A stretch of 64,000 nucleotides of DNA, from NCBI RefSeq assembly GCF_009914755.1, contig NC_060935.1, one strand, 5' to 3'. A model generated the notes under the pieces. That model was given only the letters and a program-made list of their open reading frames with translations, did not search any database and was not told where the DNA came from. Positions 14,257-27,200 of the stretch are shown in pieces. This stretch comes from the human T2T-CHM13v2.0 reference genome, Homo sapiens. Position numbers and translations under genes: made by a program. Within the stretch, counting starts at the first letter, position 1, and each line of letters opens with the position of its first letter.

Positions 14257-14740
14257 GTGGGAGAGTACAGGAGTGGGGCCAAGGGACAATAATAGGAACA
14301 ATAAATGGGTGACATCAAGGGAAACCTATACTTAGAAGAAGGGAAATTTTAGTTTGCTGACAAGCAAAAGACCTCTAAGGACTACTGGGAATTGATCCGG
14401 GATAAAGTGAGTGTGTCATGTCTAATGTCTTACCTGAATTATCTTAATAAAAGCCAAGATCAAAATGCAGGGCAGGAGACAGTCTTTCCAAAGAGAATGT
14501 CAGAGGAGGCGGAAACTCAGCAATGCATTTTGTCCTAATGATCCAAAATAAAACAAAATGAGTAAGATTTAATTGACTAGGCCTATGTAGGACAAAGATG
14601 GAACAGGTAGAATTAAGTAAAGAGGCTCATGAGCCTTACAGTAAAGAGAGAATGACGTTGGGAAAAATTCCATCTCAGGTATTAAGACTTTCTGGAAGAA
14701 GGAAAATACAAAGTTCTACAAATGTAGATTTAAAAATAAA

Positions 14741-15088
14741 ATACAGTTTACCCTTTATATCCATTGATTCTACATTTGTGGATTCAACCAAATGAGGATT
14801 GAAAATATTTTTTTAAAATTGCATCTGAATTGACCATGCATAGTTTTTTTCTCATCTTTATTTTGTAAACAATAGAGTATAACTATTTACATAGCATTCA
14901 CATTGTATGAGATATTGTAAGTAATCTAGAGATGATTTAAAGTAAACAGGAAGATGGATGTAGCTTATATAAAAATAGTATAGAAGAAATACTGAGTATT
15001 TTATGTCAGGGACTTAAGCTTCCTTGGATTTTGGTATTGGCAGGAGGTCCTGAATTTAATCTCCCGTAGATACCAAGAGACAATTGTA
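14741..15088. mobile_element. MER2 (Tigger-family MITE)
   Basis: TA-CAGT...ATTG-TA ends with inverted termini; GGATTCAACCAA and TAAGTAATCTAGAGATGATTTAAAGTA core. Confidence 0.8.
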
Positions 15089-15411
15089 CATAGCTCAGAA
15101 AGATAAAATACATAGAAAGTATGATAGTAAACTGAGTGAAGTGAGAACAATGACAATTTAAGAGTTATAAGAAATTGATGTCCAATATTTGTAGAAATTG
15201 ACATCAAATCTTTAGGAAATTCTAAAAATGTTAGAGGAAATAATTCCCTAACAAATTAATTAATTCAACAAACATTCATTAAGGATCTATTATATACACC
15301 TGGCTCTGTCTTGGGTATGCACCAATAAACATGACTGCCTCACTGTAAGATGGAAGTTAGATACATAAACACTTCAGGAAGATATAAAGTATCTCATGCT
15401 TTTCAGTGAGG

Positions 15412-15955
15412 TGTATTAGTTTTCCATTGCAGCTATAACAAATTACTGCAAACATAGTTGCTTAGAACTATACAAGTTTATTTTCTTAAAGTTCAGAAGT
15501 CTGAAATGGGTCTCACTGGGCTAAAATCCAGGTGCTGGCAGGGCTCCAGGGTTTGTCCGGAGGCTCTAAGGGAGAATTCATTCTCTTTCCTTTCTAACTT
15601 CTAGAGGCAAACAGCAGTTTTTGGCTCTTGCCCCCTGATTCTCTTCAAAGTCAGAAATGACTAAGTCTTTCTCATTCTGTATCATGAGAAACTCTTGACA
15701 CTGACTGTCCTGCCTTCCTTGTCCATTTATAATAACCCTAGGGACCACCTCTTGCCATCCTTTTTTACTTTTAAAGAGTCATTCGTCCTTTATTCCTAAT
15801 CCAGGATAATTAGCCTCTATCATAAGGTCACCTGATTAGAACCTTTACAGAATCTGCAAACTTAATTCTCTCTTGTCATCTGAAATAACATATTTCACAG
15901 GTTCTGCAGATTAGGACATAGACATCTTTCAGGGCTATCACTCCGTCTACTACAT
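15412..15955 (-). mobile_element. MLT1-family MaLR solo LTR
   Basis: TGTATTAGTTTTCCATTGC..TAACAAATTAC..AGAAGTCTGAAATGGGTCTCACTGGGCTAAAATC, typical of MLT1 in reverse. Confidence 0.75.
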
Positions 15956-18600
15956 GAGACAATTTACAGGATATATAGAGGGGGTCTATTTATTTATTCA
16001 ATAAATACTTATTGAACATTTAGTCTGTGCCTGGTATGGTTTAGTCACCTCATTCTGCAAATAGAGCTTATTGGAAGATTTTATATAAGGAAAGGGTATG
16101 ATCAGCTTTATGCTTGAAAAATAAATTTTGGTTTCAATGTACACTAAGATTAGCAGTAGGGGATAGACTGGAGATAAGCCACTTGGGAAACTATTGGAAT
16201 GACCCAGATGAAAGATGAAGATCGTGAGCTACAGCAGGAGCAATCTAAAACATAAAAAGAAAGCAAAGTTGAGTTCAGTTTTGCAAACCTGAAGACTCAT
16301 GGAGTTTGACATACCTGTGGGATATCTAATCAACATTGTTCAGTAGTTACCTTTATCTGCAAGTTTCGACTAGAAATACCATTTTACTTTAGGTTAATTT
16401 TTAACAGAGAGAAAAGATGTAGAATATCATTGCTGGCTTGTTTTTGTAGCCTTCCTAGCTTTCTCAGAGGCAGAGTAGAAAATATCTCCCCACTGTATGC
16501 CAATTAGTTATATTGTATTGAAACATATTTTCATAAATGGGTCTCTGGACTTTTTTGAGCTTTCTAAGTCAGCTATTGTATCTTGGCATTTTCAGCACAT
16601 AGCATAGCGTGCAACTCAGAGTAGTTCTTAAAAAACATTTTATTGAGTAAGAGAATGAATAGAATGTAATAGGGAGGTCTCTCCAGTTTGCATACCATTT
16701 AAAGGAGAGATTGAGTAGAGAAAATGCCTATTACTTGTAAAATTAAGAAAGTGAGTTATGAAATACCTTGAGTGAGGAAATATGACAAAGAAGTTAGGGT
16801 TGAGTAGCTTCATTACTAGCTTCTTTTGGAGCTTCTGAAAAGAAATACCTCTGATTTGTTTCATGAAATGTCTTGAGTATCTGAATGTGTTATTGTGTTA
16901 AAACTCAAATTCTGTGTGCGTCGTAATGTTTACCAGGAAATTAGAGAAAATTGCAGGACTAAGTCAGTGCAGAATTTGGACTCATGAGAAATTAACATTT
17001 GGAACATAGAATGATTCTGTATGTAGGTTAAGTGGATTAAACAGCTGTTTGTAGAATAAAATGAATATAATCATTAAATTCATGTGGCATGTAGTTCTTT
17101 CCTCAAATATAATCTTGTCAGGACTAGCTGATGGGAAGTTAGATTTTTTTTTATTATATTTTCTGGAACAGCAATGAAGAACATGTTGTTTAAAGATAGA
17201 GTTACAGAATTTCTCTATACCCTGTGGGATTTGCCCACTAGTTTTGCTGTGGCAGAATTTCTCTGAGAAAAATAAAAGTACCTCTGGGAGCTTGTTTTCT
17301 TTGACCTTTTGTGTGTGTGGGATAAGGGAGTTTGCAATCCTTTTGAATGTCAGTTCATAAGCAGTGGATGCTGCCTGTCTCAGAACGTTCCCCAAGGGGG
17401 CAGCTAATACGCTGACTGACTCTGAAGAGGCCTCCTACAGTCAAAGGCTTTCCTCCTACTTTCTTTGTCAGAAGAAGAATAATCAGGGCTCAAAGAGCAT
17501 CACTACCACTGACCGCAGGTTCTATAGGTGAATCAACCTATTCAGTCATTCTAGTCAGATGAGTTATCCCAAAAAGTCAGTTCCCTGGATTGGTCATGTG
17601 ATTGATCTAGCAGCCTAGCTAGGCCCAGCCGCGTCGCTGAATGAGTCTTCACTGCTTTAGTTTATTTGCTTCACCTAAATAAACATAGACCCTATTTTAC
17701 TCCCTTTAGAGGACAGGAAAGAGAATGCTTATTATAACATTTTAAACATTTTAATCTCTGTCTCTATAATAAGGTAAAGAATGTTTTGAAGTGATACCCT
17801 GGCTCTTTCTTTCCTGTAGTTTAACAATTGTCAGGGGGAACTAAATAATTCTTTGTGCCTTAGGAAGGGATGATGAATCCCTCTTTTGGGCCTTGTATAC
17901 AATGCATTCCTCTGGTTGTCTTCTGAGTCTTTTTGAGAATAGGCTTTATGGTATTTCAATTTCTGTGGAAGACCCTGGAAATCATACCTAAGGAAAGATC
18001 ATGTGGAAGAGGGATTAAACTTACTGTTTTTGACTCTTGAATTTAGGACAAAAATAGTAATGTGTGTGTCAATTAAATTTGAATTAATTAGGAAACATTT
18101 ATTGAGTAGCAAACATATGTCAGGTACTCTACCATACCCGGAGATACAAAGATGAATAAGATTATAACGTCCTTCAAGAATTTTAAAGTTTGGTAGGAAA
18201 TTCAAGCTAGTAGAACAACAATAGCAAAACAATGAGATCAGAACTATTTCCAAATGTTCATACTTGTCACTATGGGAGGGTACAGACCTACCAAAAAGCA
18301 GTAAATAGTTTATAAGTCCAAAGATGACTTTTCCTCTATAATCAAATTTGATCTACTCAGTGATGGAATGTTTTTTTCTGTAAGATGCTTGATGTCCTGT
18401 TCCTAGAGGTATGCAAGTACAGATTAAACTTGAGGGACAAATTAGGAAAAGGGGATGCTATGTGGGTTAGACATGAAATTGATAGTGTTTCCAAATCTGA
18501 ATTTTGAAGATTCTTTAGCCAACAGTGTAAGGCTGAAGTTTATGTAGCAAACCTCTGTATAAACTTCTTTGTGAGGTTGACTTCCTTACTCACTGCCTGA

Positions 18601-18947
<347 letters not shown>

Positions 18948-21496
18948 AGCTGGTGGTAATTCTTAATAGGGAAGGCATTGAGGTCTAGAGCACTCTACTC
19001 CTGCTACCTCGCCTCTTCTTCAACTTCTAAGGAGTCTCAGGGACTCAATTCCAGCATAACGGACCTGCTCTAGAAACGCTTTCCATTGTCATCTTCAAAG
19101 TGATGCAACAACATGTTACTATGAGAAAATACTCCTGTATCCTATGTTCAGGCTTTTCCCTTTATTCTATGTGATCTGCATCTAAAAACATTTAAAATCT
19201 TCCATGCTAGCCCCAACATTCAGACCAAATCATTAGATGTTTTATTTTTTCAAGCACAGGATATTGCTTTGAGATAAAAGTTGGGGCCTAAAAGAGCAAT
19301 AACACTTATTGGCAAAGGGGTTTATAGATAGGTCTTTCAAATTAGGTTTCCTGTGGCTTATAACAAGGTACAATTTCTTCTTTATATCTGTTGGCACCTG
19401 AGACTCTTGATTTCAATTCACGTTGACAGGGAAAGACATGAGCCTAAATGGTGTTGCATAGGTTTTACAATGGACCTGAGATATAACAGAATAAGGAAGG
19501 ACATCAGAGAAGCAGCTTTTGTGAGGGAGGCTTTGGCAGGCTGTTGGATGTCTGCATTCATTCCTTCATCAAACATTTACAGAGAAATTTCTATGTGCTA
19601 ATTCTCTACTAATTCCTGGCCAAATGAAGGAAAAAAAATAAATGGTTCCTGGCACCTGAAAGTTTATGGTGTAGGGTGTCACAGATGTGTCTCCCTACAT
19701 ATGTCCTACAATTTGACAAGAAGAAACTTGGACTGGTGAATTTCAATGTCAAGTTTAGTCAGCTACAAAGCTTTATGATATAGTTCAGGATGGGGAGGGA
19801 AAAACTAAGCACAGTAAAGCCAGAATAGTATTTCACAAGAAATACGAAGTTATGTTAATAGAAGGAACACTACCCTTATGTATAGGATGGATTCTTTATG
19901 TAAAATCACTTTATGTAGGAGATCACCAGAGAGAAATAAGTCCTGAGGCACAGCATCTAGTTGCTTTTGAAAACACTGTGGAAGAAATAGCACTATTTTA
20001 GAGTGGAAGTCCTCCACCATTTCGTACTCTCTCTACATCTATAGGATCGGAGCTCAGTCCTCACCTTCCTTCCCTCCAACATCCACTGCTAGGCACCACA
20101 GACTACAGACAGCCTTCTTGCAGAGCAGCAGGAACTCAGCAGAGGAGTAAGCATTGATATTCTACAACTAGTAGTGAAAAATTTCATAACATGTGACAAA
20201 GGGTTGATGAGGACTTGCTTGTTTCTGCAAGAATGCAAAATATAAATCAGAAGGTAACACATAGATTTGTATGGGAAAGCCCCTTTCCTACTGCCATAGG
20301 CTGGTTAGTCTCAACTTTGTGCGGTCATAGGGATCTAAGTAGCTATATTTATGACATGATGCCTGATTTCTCCCTATACCACATGAAGCCATTCTCTAAA
20401 GGGCTGCTTAAAACATTATTGGTATCTAGCCATTATTTGATTCAGAGAAAGGCAGGGAAGTAAGTGTAAGTAATGTCCTACCGGGCAGACAAAATGATCT
20501 CTTCACAGGCTGAACTGAAAGCATTATGAAATCATTCCCGAAACTGCTCCCTTTCCTTGAGAATTATCTAGAGAAATACACCATGGATGAAAGCAAGACA
20601 TAAAAGAGCCCATAATATAGGTTCATGTTATACCCAAAGTCACAAATGCTTTATGACAAGTATGAACAAGAGCAATGGGAAAACTGAGGGTCCATTTATA
20701 TCTTTCAAGACTCAGCTCAGGCATCATTTCCACTGGGAAGCCTCCTCTAAACTCCCAAAAGTGCTTATTCTCCTTTGAACTTTCATGGTACGTGACATAT
20801 ACTCTATATTTATGTGGTTTTTTTAAGTTTACTTACCTGTTTCCTATTTGTGTTCTACCTGCACCTAGCACAGTGCTTGATATATAGTCTGCATTGGATA
20901 AATATTTGTTGAATGAATGAATTCCAGAAGTTGAAGGATAGGTTGAAAGTGAAAATATTAGATACTGGAAATATGTAGAAAAGCTAGGGAATTTTTAAAA
21001 AGTATCCAAAATGAGAGGCCTGAACTAGTAATGAGATGGAGATAATGGACACAAGAAAAATGAGCATGGAAACTAATCAATGAAATGTATCAGTCCTTAA
21101 TTATGTGAGAGAAACTGATCTAGAAGACTCAAAGCACCCTGAGGTTGTGAGCAGAGAACAGGGAGACAGCTGACCACAAAGCCCGACACAGAAGGACAAG
21201 CTTCTTTGGTGAAAAAATTGTGAGCCGACTTGATCATGTTGCACCTAGAGGAGTATTGGAATGTCCAGTTGTGTATGTCCCAATTGTGTATAGGAGCCTA
21301 GGGTTTTGAGGGTATTTGTGACAAGAGATGACAACTTGGTAAACACCTCTTAGGATATAGTATTTGACAGCGTGATAATATATGAATTTGTTGAATAATA
21401 AAATATATATCAAGAAGAAAATGGTATCAATAATAGAACTATGGGCAATATTTAAATTTCAAGGGTTTGAGGGAAAAAAGAGAATCAGAGAGAGGC

Positions 21497-21920
21497 TGTT
21501 AGATACAGATAGGTTCCTCTTCAAACAGTTTGTCCCATTCTCCGGTTCTTTATTGTCTAAATTCCAAGAACCCCTACCCCCACTTTTGCTGTGCAGTAAA
21601 CTGTCTAAACATGCCTAGTTATGATAAGCCCCAATGGACATTCCTTTCCTTATGTGGGAATAGGTTAGCTTTCTAGTCCCCTGCAGGTGACCACTTCCTC
21701 CTCTCCCCCTCTTCTCTATCATGTGTCTACCTTATCTAAGAAAGTTTGAACGTTTAGCCAATTGGGACCAACCCCAGTCAATAGGGGAAAGACACAGAGT
21801 TAGAATCTGCATTAGGAATAAAAACCCCTACTCTCTGTTGTTCTGTGTGCTCTTTTGGTCATGACTGACGCAGGCAGCACCCTTCTGCAAAAGTAAATTT
21901 GCCTTGCTGAGAAATCCTTG
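21497..21920 (+). mobile_element. 5' LTR (LTR10B-like), U5 end deleted
   Basis: Colinear with 29162-29610; AATAAA polyA signal near 21818; homology stops after GCCTTGCTGAGAAATCCTTG. Confidence 0.88.
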
Positions 21921-22360
21921 GAGAAATCCTTGCTGATGGAAATCTTGGGAGGTTGAAAATGCGTGAGTGGTTACAAGCCCTACTGCTGAGTGGAATGAGT
22001 GAGTCCAATCTGCAGTTCCATGGTCACCTCATGTGGCTTATGGCGGCCCTTTGAGGGTCCTGTAAGGGGCTTATACTGACTTGCCAATGCTAAGAGAGAC
22101 CTAAATTCCCTTCAGGGGAGTGGCCATAGAGGACAAAGTGAAAGGAGAAGAGTGTGACAAACCTCCAGGAGGGGGTGTTGAGCCTCTAGAGAAAGGAAGG
22201 GCAAGAAATCCCTAATATGAGGGATTGAGTCTCACACCAAACCTCCAGGGTAGGGATGACAAGAAATCCCTAACACGAGGGACTGAGCCTCAGCAAGTCC
22301 CTAGAAAAGGGAGGGCAAAAAATTTGTAATACGAGGGATTGAGCCTGACCAGCACCCAAA

Positions 22361-23731
22361 ATGGGAAATACTCCAAGTAAGATAGGAAACAGAAAGGACA
22401 AAGCTAACAGCAGTGATATTCCCATGCCTAGAGACTCCAACACATGGGATCCCCTAGACCATCTTCCCCTGTCCAGTACCCCCAGACCTTCCCCTCAGGC
22501 AGCTGATTCCACTAGATTCCACTCCAGATCCTTCCCCTGCTCATGTTATTCCTCCTCCTTACAACCCTGACTCTTGGGAGTTATTGTCCCATGAGACTGT
22601 TCCCTAACAGCCTAAGTACCCCTCCCTAAAAGGACTCCAACATGAGATAGAGCAATGTAAGAAGGACATCCAGAATTTCCCTTTCCCTTCCACCCCTAAG
22701 GGATCAGCTCCAACTCTCTTTCCCTTAAGATAGGTGCCACAAGGAGGGACAGCCATTTGATTGGTAAATGCTCCCTTAACTAGTTCAGAAGTCCAAAGTT
22801 TAAAAAAAGAACTCAAGCCATTGGTGGATGTCCCTTGTGGAGTGACAGATCAAATTGATCAATTCCTAGGACCTGAGTTATACACTTGGGTCGAGTTAAT
22901 GTCCATCTAGGCATGCTGTTTTCAGGGGAGGAAAGAAGTATGACCAGTAGGGCTGCTATGGTGGTTTGAGACCATGAACACCCTCCCGGTCAAAATGTTC
23001 CTACCGTGGACCAGAAATTCCCCACCCAAGACCCCCAGTGGGACAATAATAATGCAACTCATCGAGAAAACATGCAAGACTTAAGGGACGTGATAATAAA
23101 AGGAATTCGGGAATCAATACCCCGAACTCAAAATCTCTCTAAAGGGTTTGATATACAACAGGGAAAGGATAAAGGGCCTATGGAATTCCTAAACAGACTA
23201 AAGGAACAAATGAAAAAATATGCAGGGCTAAACTTAGAGGGTTCCCTTGGGCAGGGGATGTTAAAGCTCCATTTTGTCACTAAAAGTAGGCCAGACATTT
23301 CCAAAAAATTACAAAAAACAGAGGATTGGGAAAACTGTCCTCCAAATGAACTTCTCAAAAAGCTCAAAAGTTATATGTGAAGAGAGACAAAGAGAAGCAG
23401 AAACAAAAAAGCAAAACTCATGCTATCCACCTTCCAACAGGTGGCTCCAAACCCATATGCTTCTTAACAAAGCCTTCAGGGGGCCAAAAATGATAGAGGG
23501 TCCAAACCCCTGTTTAAAGGACCCAAGTCCCCAACTAAAGGACCTAGGCCCTCATTTCCCAGGCCCTCTAAAGAATATGATGGAGCAAAGTCAAAGAATT
23601 CTAGAACTGACAGGGAGGAAGGACAGGATAGGCACTTCAAATGCAGAAGAACAGGCCACTTCAAGAGCGAATGTCCTGAACTGGAAAAGGACAAAGGAGC
23701 CCTCACACTCATGACTTTCGAGGAAGAATAG
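22361..23731 (+). pseudogene. gag: ERV gag, disrupted
   Basis: MGNTPSK myristoylation start, PPPY late motif, MHR-like QGKDKGPMEFLNRL, degenerate zinc knuckle HFKCRRTGHFKSEC, TAG at 23729-23731 followed in frame by pro. Confidence 0.9.
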
Positions 23732-26700
23732 GAGGGTCAGGGGCTCTCTTTCTTTTATCTCGAGTCCCACCAAGAGCCCTTGATAAATTTAGAGGTGGGA
23801 CCTAAACATAAGCTCATCACCTTTTTGGTAGATTTAGGAGAAGCTTGCTCTTCTCTATGCTTTCCTTCAGTTAACATTGCTTGCTCTTCAGAGGAACTTT
23901 TAGTCTCCCTGGTAACAGGAGAAGGATTTAAGGCAGAAATTTTGGAGAATATAGAAGTCAAATACAAAGGTCGATCAACTTATATCCGATTTTTGTTAAT
24001 CCCTGAAACAGGAACTAATTTATTAAGAAGGTATTTAATGTTAAAATTAGGAATAGGACTACAAGTTGGCCCAAAGGGATTCCTCACCTCATTAAACCTA
24101 CTCACCATCACAAATGAAAAACATATTAATCCTGATGTCTGGTCCAGAAAAGGAAACCAAGGGAAACTCCAAGTTTCCGCAATACACACCAAGCTAAAAG
24201 AACCTGGGGAAGTAGTATGAAGGAAACAATACCCCATTCCTCTAGAGGGCAGGATAGGGTTGAAACCTATAATTCAAAGTCTCATTAAAGATGGACTCCT
24301 TGAACCCTGTATGTCTCCTTACAACACCCCAATACTGCCTGTCAAAAAATCAGACAGGTCATACCAACTGGTACAAGACCTCAGAGGTATTAACCAGATA
24401 GTCCAGACCTCCCACCCTGTTGTCCCCAACCCTTACACCATTCTCAACAAATTTCCATACAGTCATTTCCATTCAGTTCACAGTAATAGATTTAAAAGAT
24501 GCTTTCTGGGCATGCCCCCTGGCTGAAGAAGCCAAGACATATTCACTTTTGAATGGGAGGATCCTCATTCAGGGCAGAAACAATAATATCAATGGACAGT
24601 CTTGCTCCAAGGGTTCACAGATTCACCTAACCCTTTTGGTCAAATTTTAGAACAAGTGCTGAAAAAAGTTTCCATTCCAAAACAACTATGCCTGCTTCAG
24701 TACATAAGTGATATTCTCATATCTAGCAAAAACATAGAGGAAGTAGCTGGCTTCTGTACACATATTCTTAACCATCTTCAGTTTGAGGGGTTACGGGTCT
24801 CAAAAGGAAAGCTTTAGTGTTTAGATAAATATTTAGGCCACTTAATAAGCACAGACAAGCAAAGAATAGGTCCAGAACAGGTTGAAAGAATCATGTCCTT
24901 AGCCTTGCCTCAAACTGAACAAGAACTTAGGAAATTTTTGGGGTTGGTTACATATTGCCACTTATGAATTGACTCATATGAACTAAAAAGTAAACTCTTA
25001 TACCAAAAAGTTACCCAGTGGACACTTGACCGTCTCCTGTGGGCCTCTGAGGAAATCGATCAGGTTGAAGAGTTAAAAAACTCATAACCACCCCTGTCCT
25101 GGCTTTACCTTCCCTAGAAAAGCTGTTTTACCTTTTTGTTAATGTGAATAATGGGGCAGCTTAATGAGTGCTCACCCGAGAGCACGGAGGCCGCTGGCAA
25201 CCTGTGGCTTTCCTATCAAAAGTTTTAGACCCAGTCACCTGTGGATGGTCCAAATGCATTTCATCTATTATGACTACAGCAGTATTGATTGAAGAAAATA
25301 GAAAGTTAACATTTAGTGGGAAATTGACAGTGAGTATGCCTCACCAAGTTACAACTATCTTAAACCAAATAACAGGAAGGTGGCTCGCTGACTCAAGAAT
25401 CTTAAAGTATGAGGCTATTCTGTTAGAGAAAAATGACTTAACATTAACTACTGATAATTCACTCAACCCACCAGGTTTTTTAATGGGGAATCCAAACCTA
25501 AAGAGAGAGCATGCATGTTTAGATTAATTGATTACCATAAAAAGATCCAGCTAGATCTAGGAGAGACTCCTTTCAAGATGGGGTGGCACTTATTTATAGA
25601 TGGTTCCTCCTGGGTAATTGAAAGAAAGAGGCATAATGGGTATTCAGTAATTGATGGGAAAACTCTTAAAGAAATAGAGTCAGGAAGATTGCCTAATAAT
25701 TGGTCTGCTCAAAGGTGTGAGGTTTTTTCACTCAGCCAAGCTTTAAAGTGCTTACAGAACCAGGAGGGGACCATCTATACTTATCTAAGTACACCTTTAG
25801 CTCATACATTTGAGAAAATTTGGACTGAATGAGGTCTTATTAATAGTAAGGGCCAAGACGTTGTTCACAAAGAGTTAATCACCCAGATATTAAATAACCT
25901 CCAGTTGCCAGAAGAAATAACTATTGTCCATGTCCCCAGATACCAAAAAGGCCTTTCTTTTAAAAGTCATGGAAATAACCTAACAGATCAAATAGCCAAA
26001 CAAGCTGCCGTTTCTTCTGAAGTGCCTATCTTACACGTAACTCCTTGCCTTCCTTCCCCTACCGCAATCCCCATTTTCTCTTCTGCTGAAAAGGAAAAAT
26101 TAATAAAAATAGGAGCCAAAGAAAACACATAAGGAAAATGGATATTACCAGACCAAAGAAAAATGTTATCCAAACCTCTCATGAGGGAAGTCTTGTCTCA
26201 ACTACATCAAGGAACCCATTGGGGACCCCAAACTATATGTGATGCAGTTCTTAGAGTTTATGGGTGTATTGAAATTTATACCCTAGCCAAACAAGTTACA
26301 GACAGTTGCTTAATATGTAGAAAAAGTAAAAAACAAGCTCTAAGAAAATCACCCATCAGGGGAAGAGATCCAGGACTAAGACCATTCCGAAGTGTTCAAA
26401 TTGGCTACACTGAAATGCCCCCAGTTAGTCACCCGAAGTACTTATTGGTAATAATAGATCACTTTACTCACTGGGTAGAGACTATCCCCTTCTCAAGCAC
26501 AACTGCTATGTAGTTAAGGCATTAATTGAAAACATCATACCCAGGTTTGGACTAATAGAAAACATTGATTCAGACAATAAAACCCATTTCACTATACATG
26601 TCATTAAAGAGTTAGCCCAGGTGCTAGATATAAAATAGGAATACCATCCCTTGGCATCAGGAAGAGTAAAAAGAATGAATGAAACTCTAAAAAGCTACCT

Positions 26701-27200
26701 AACCAATTTAGTCCTAAAAACCCGGTTACCCTAGGCTAAATGTCTCCCCATTGCCTTTTTAAGAATCAAAACTGCCCCTCGAAAAGATGTCAGTTTATCC
26801 CCTTATGAAATGCTATATGGGCTGCCTTATTTACATTCTACTACTGACGTCCCTACATTTGAAACAAAAGATAAGTTCCTCAAAAATTATATACTTGGTC
26901 TATCTTCTACTTTCTCTTCTCTTAAAACCAAATGTCTCCTAGCACCGGCACCACCCCTGGAGTTCTGTACGTCAGCATCAGCCTGAAGATCAAGTCCTCA
27001 TCAAACGGTAAAAAGAAAAATATTTTGAACCCGCTTAGAAAGGACCCTACCTGGTGCTTCTAACTACTGAATCTACAGTCTGAACAGTGGAAAGAGGATG
27101 GACTCACCATACCCAAGTCAAAGAAACGCCACAACCTTCAGAGTCATGGGCCATTGTTCCAAGATCAAGCTGTATCAAATTAAAGCTAAAAATACCTTAA
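23732..27200 (+). pseudogene. pol: ERV pro-pol (protease, RT, RNase H, integrase), disrupted
   Basis: FLVDLG (protease), YNTPILPVKK, QDLR, DLKDAF, QGFTDSP, YISD (mutated YxDD, 24701-24712), LFIDGSS (RNase H), HQGTH..C..C integrase zinc finger; many stops and frameshifts. Confidence 0.93.
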
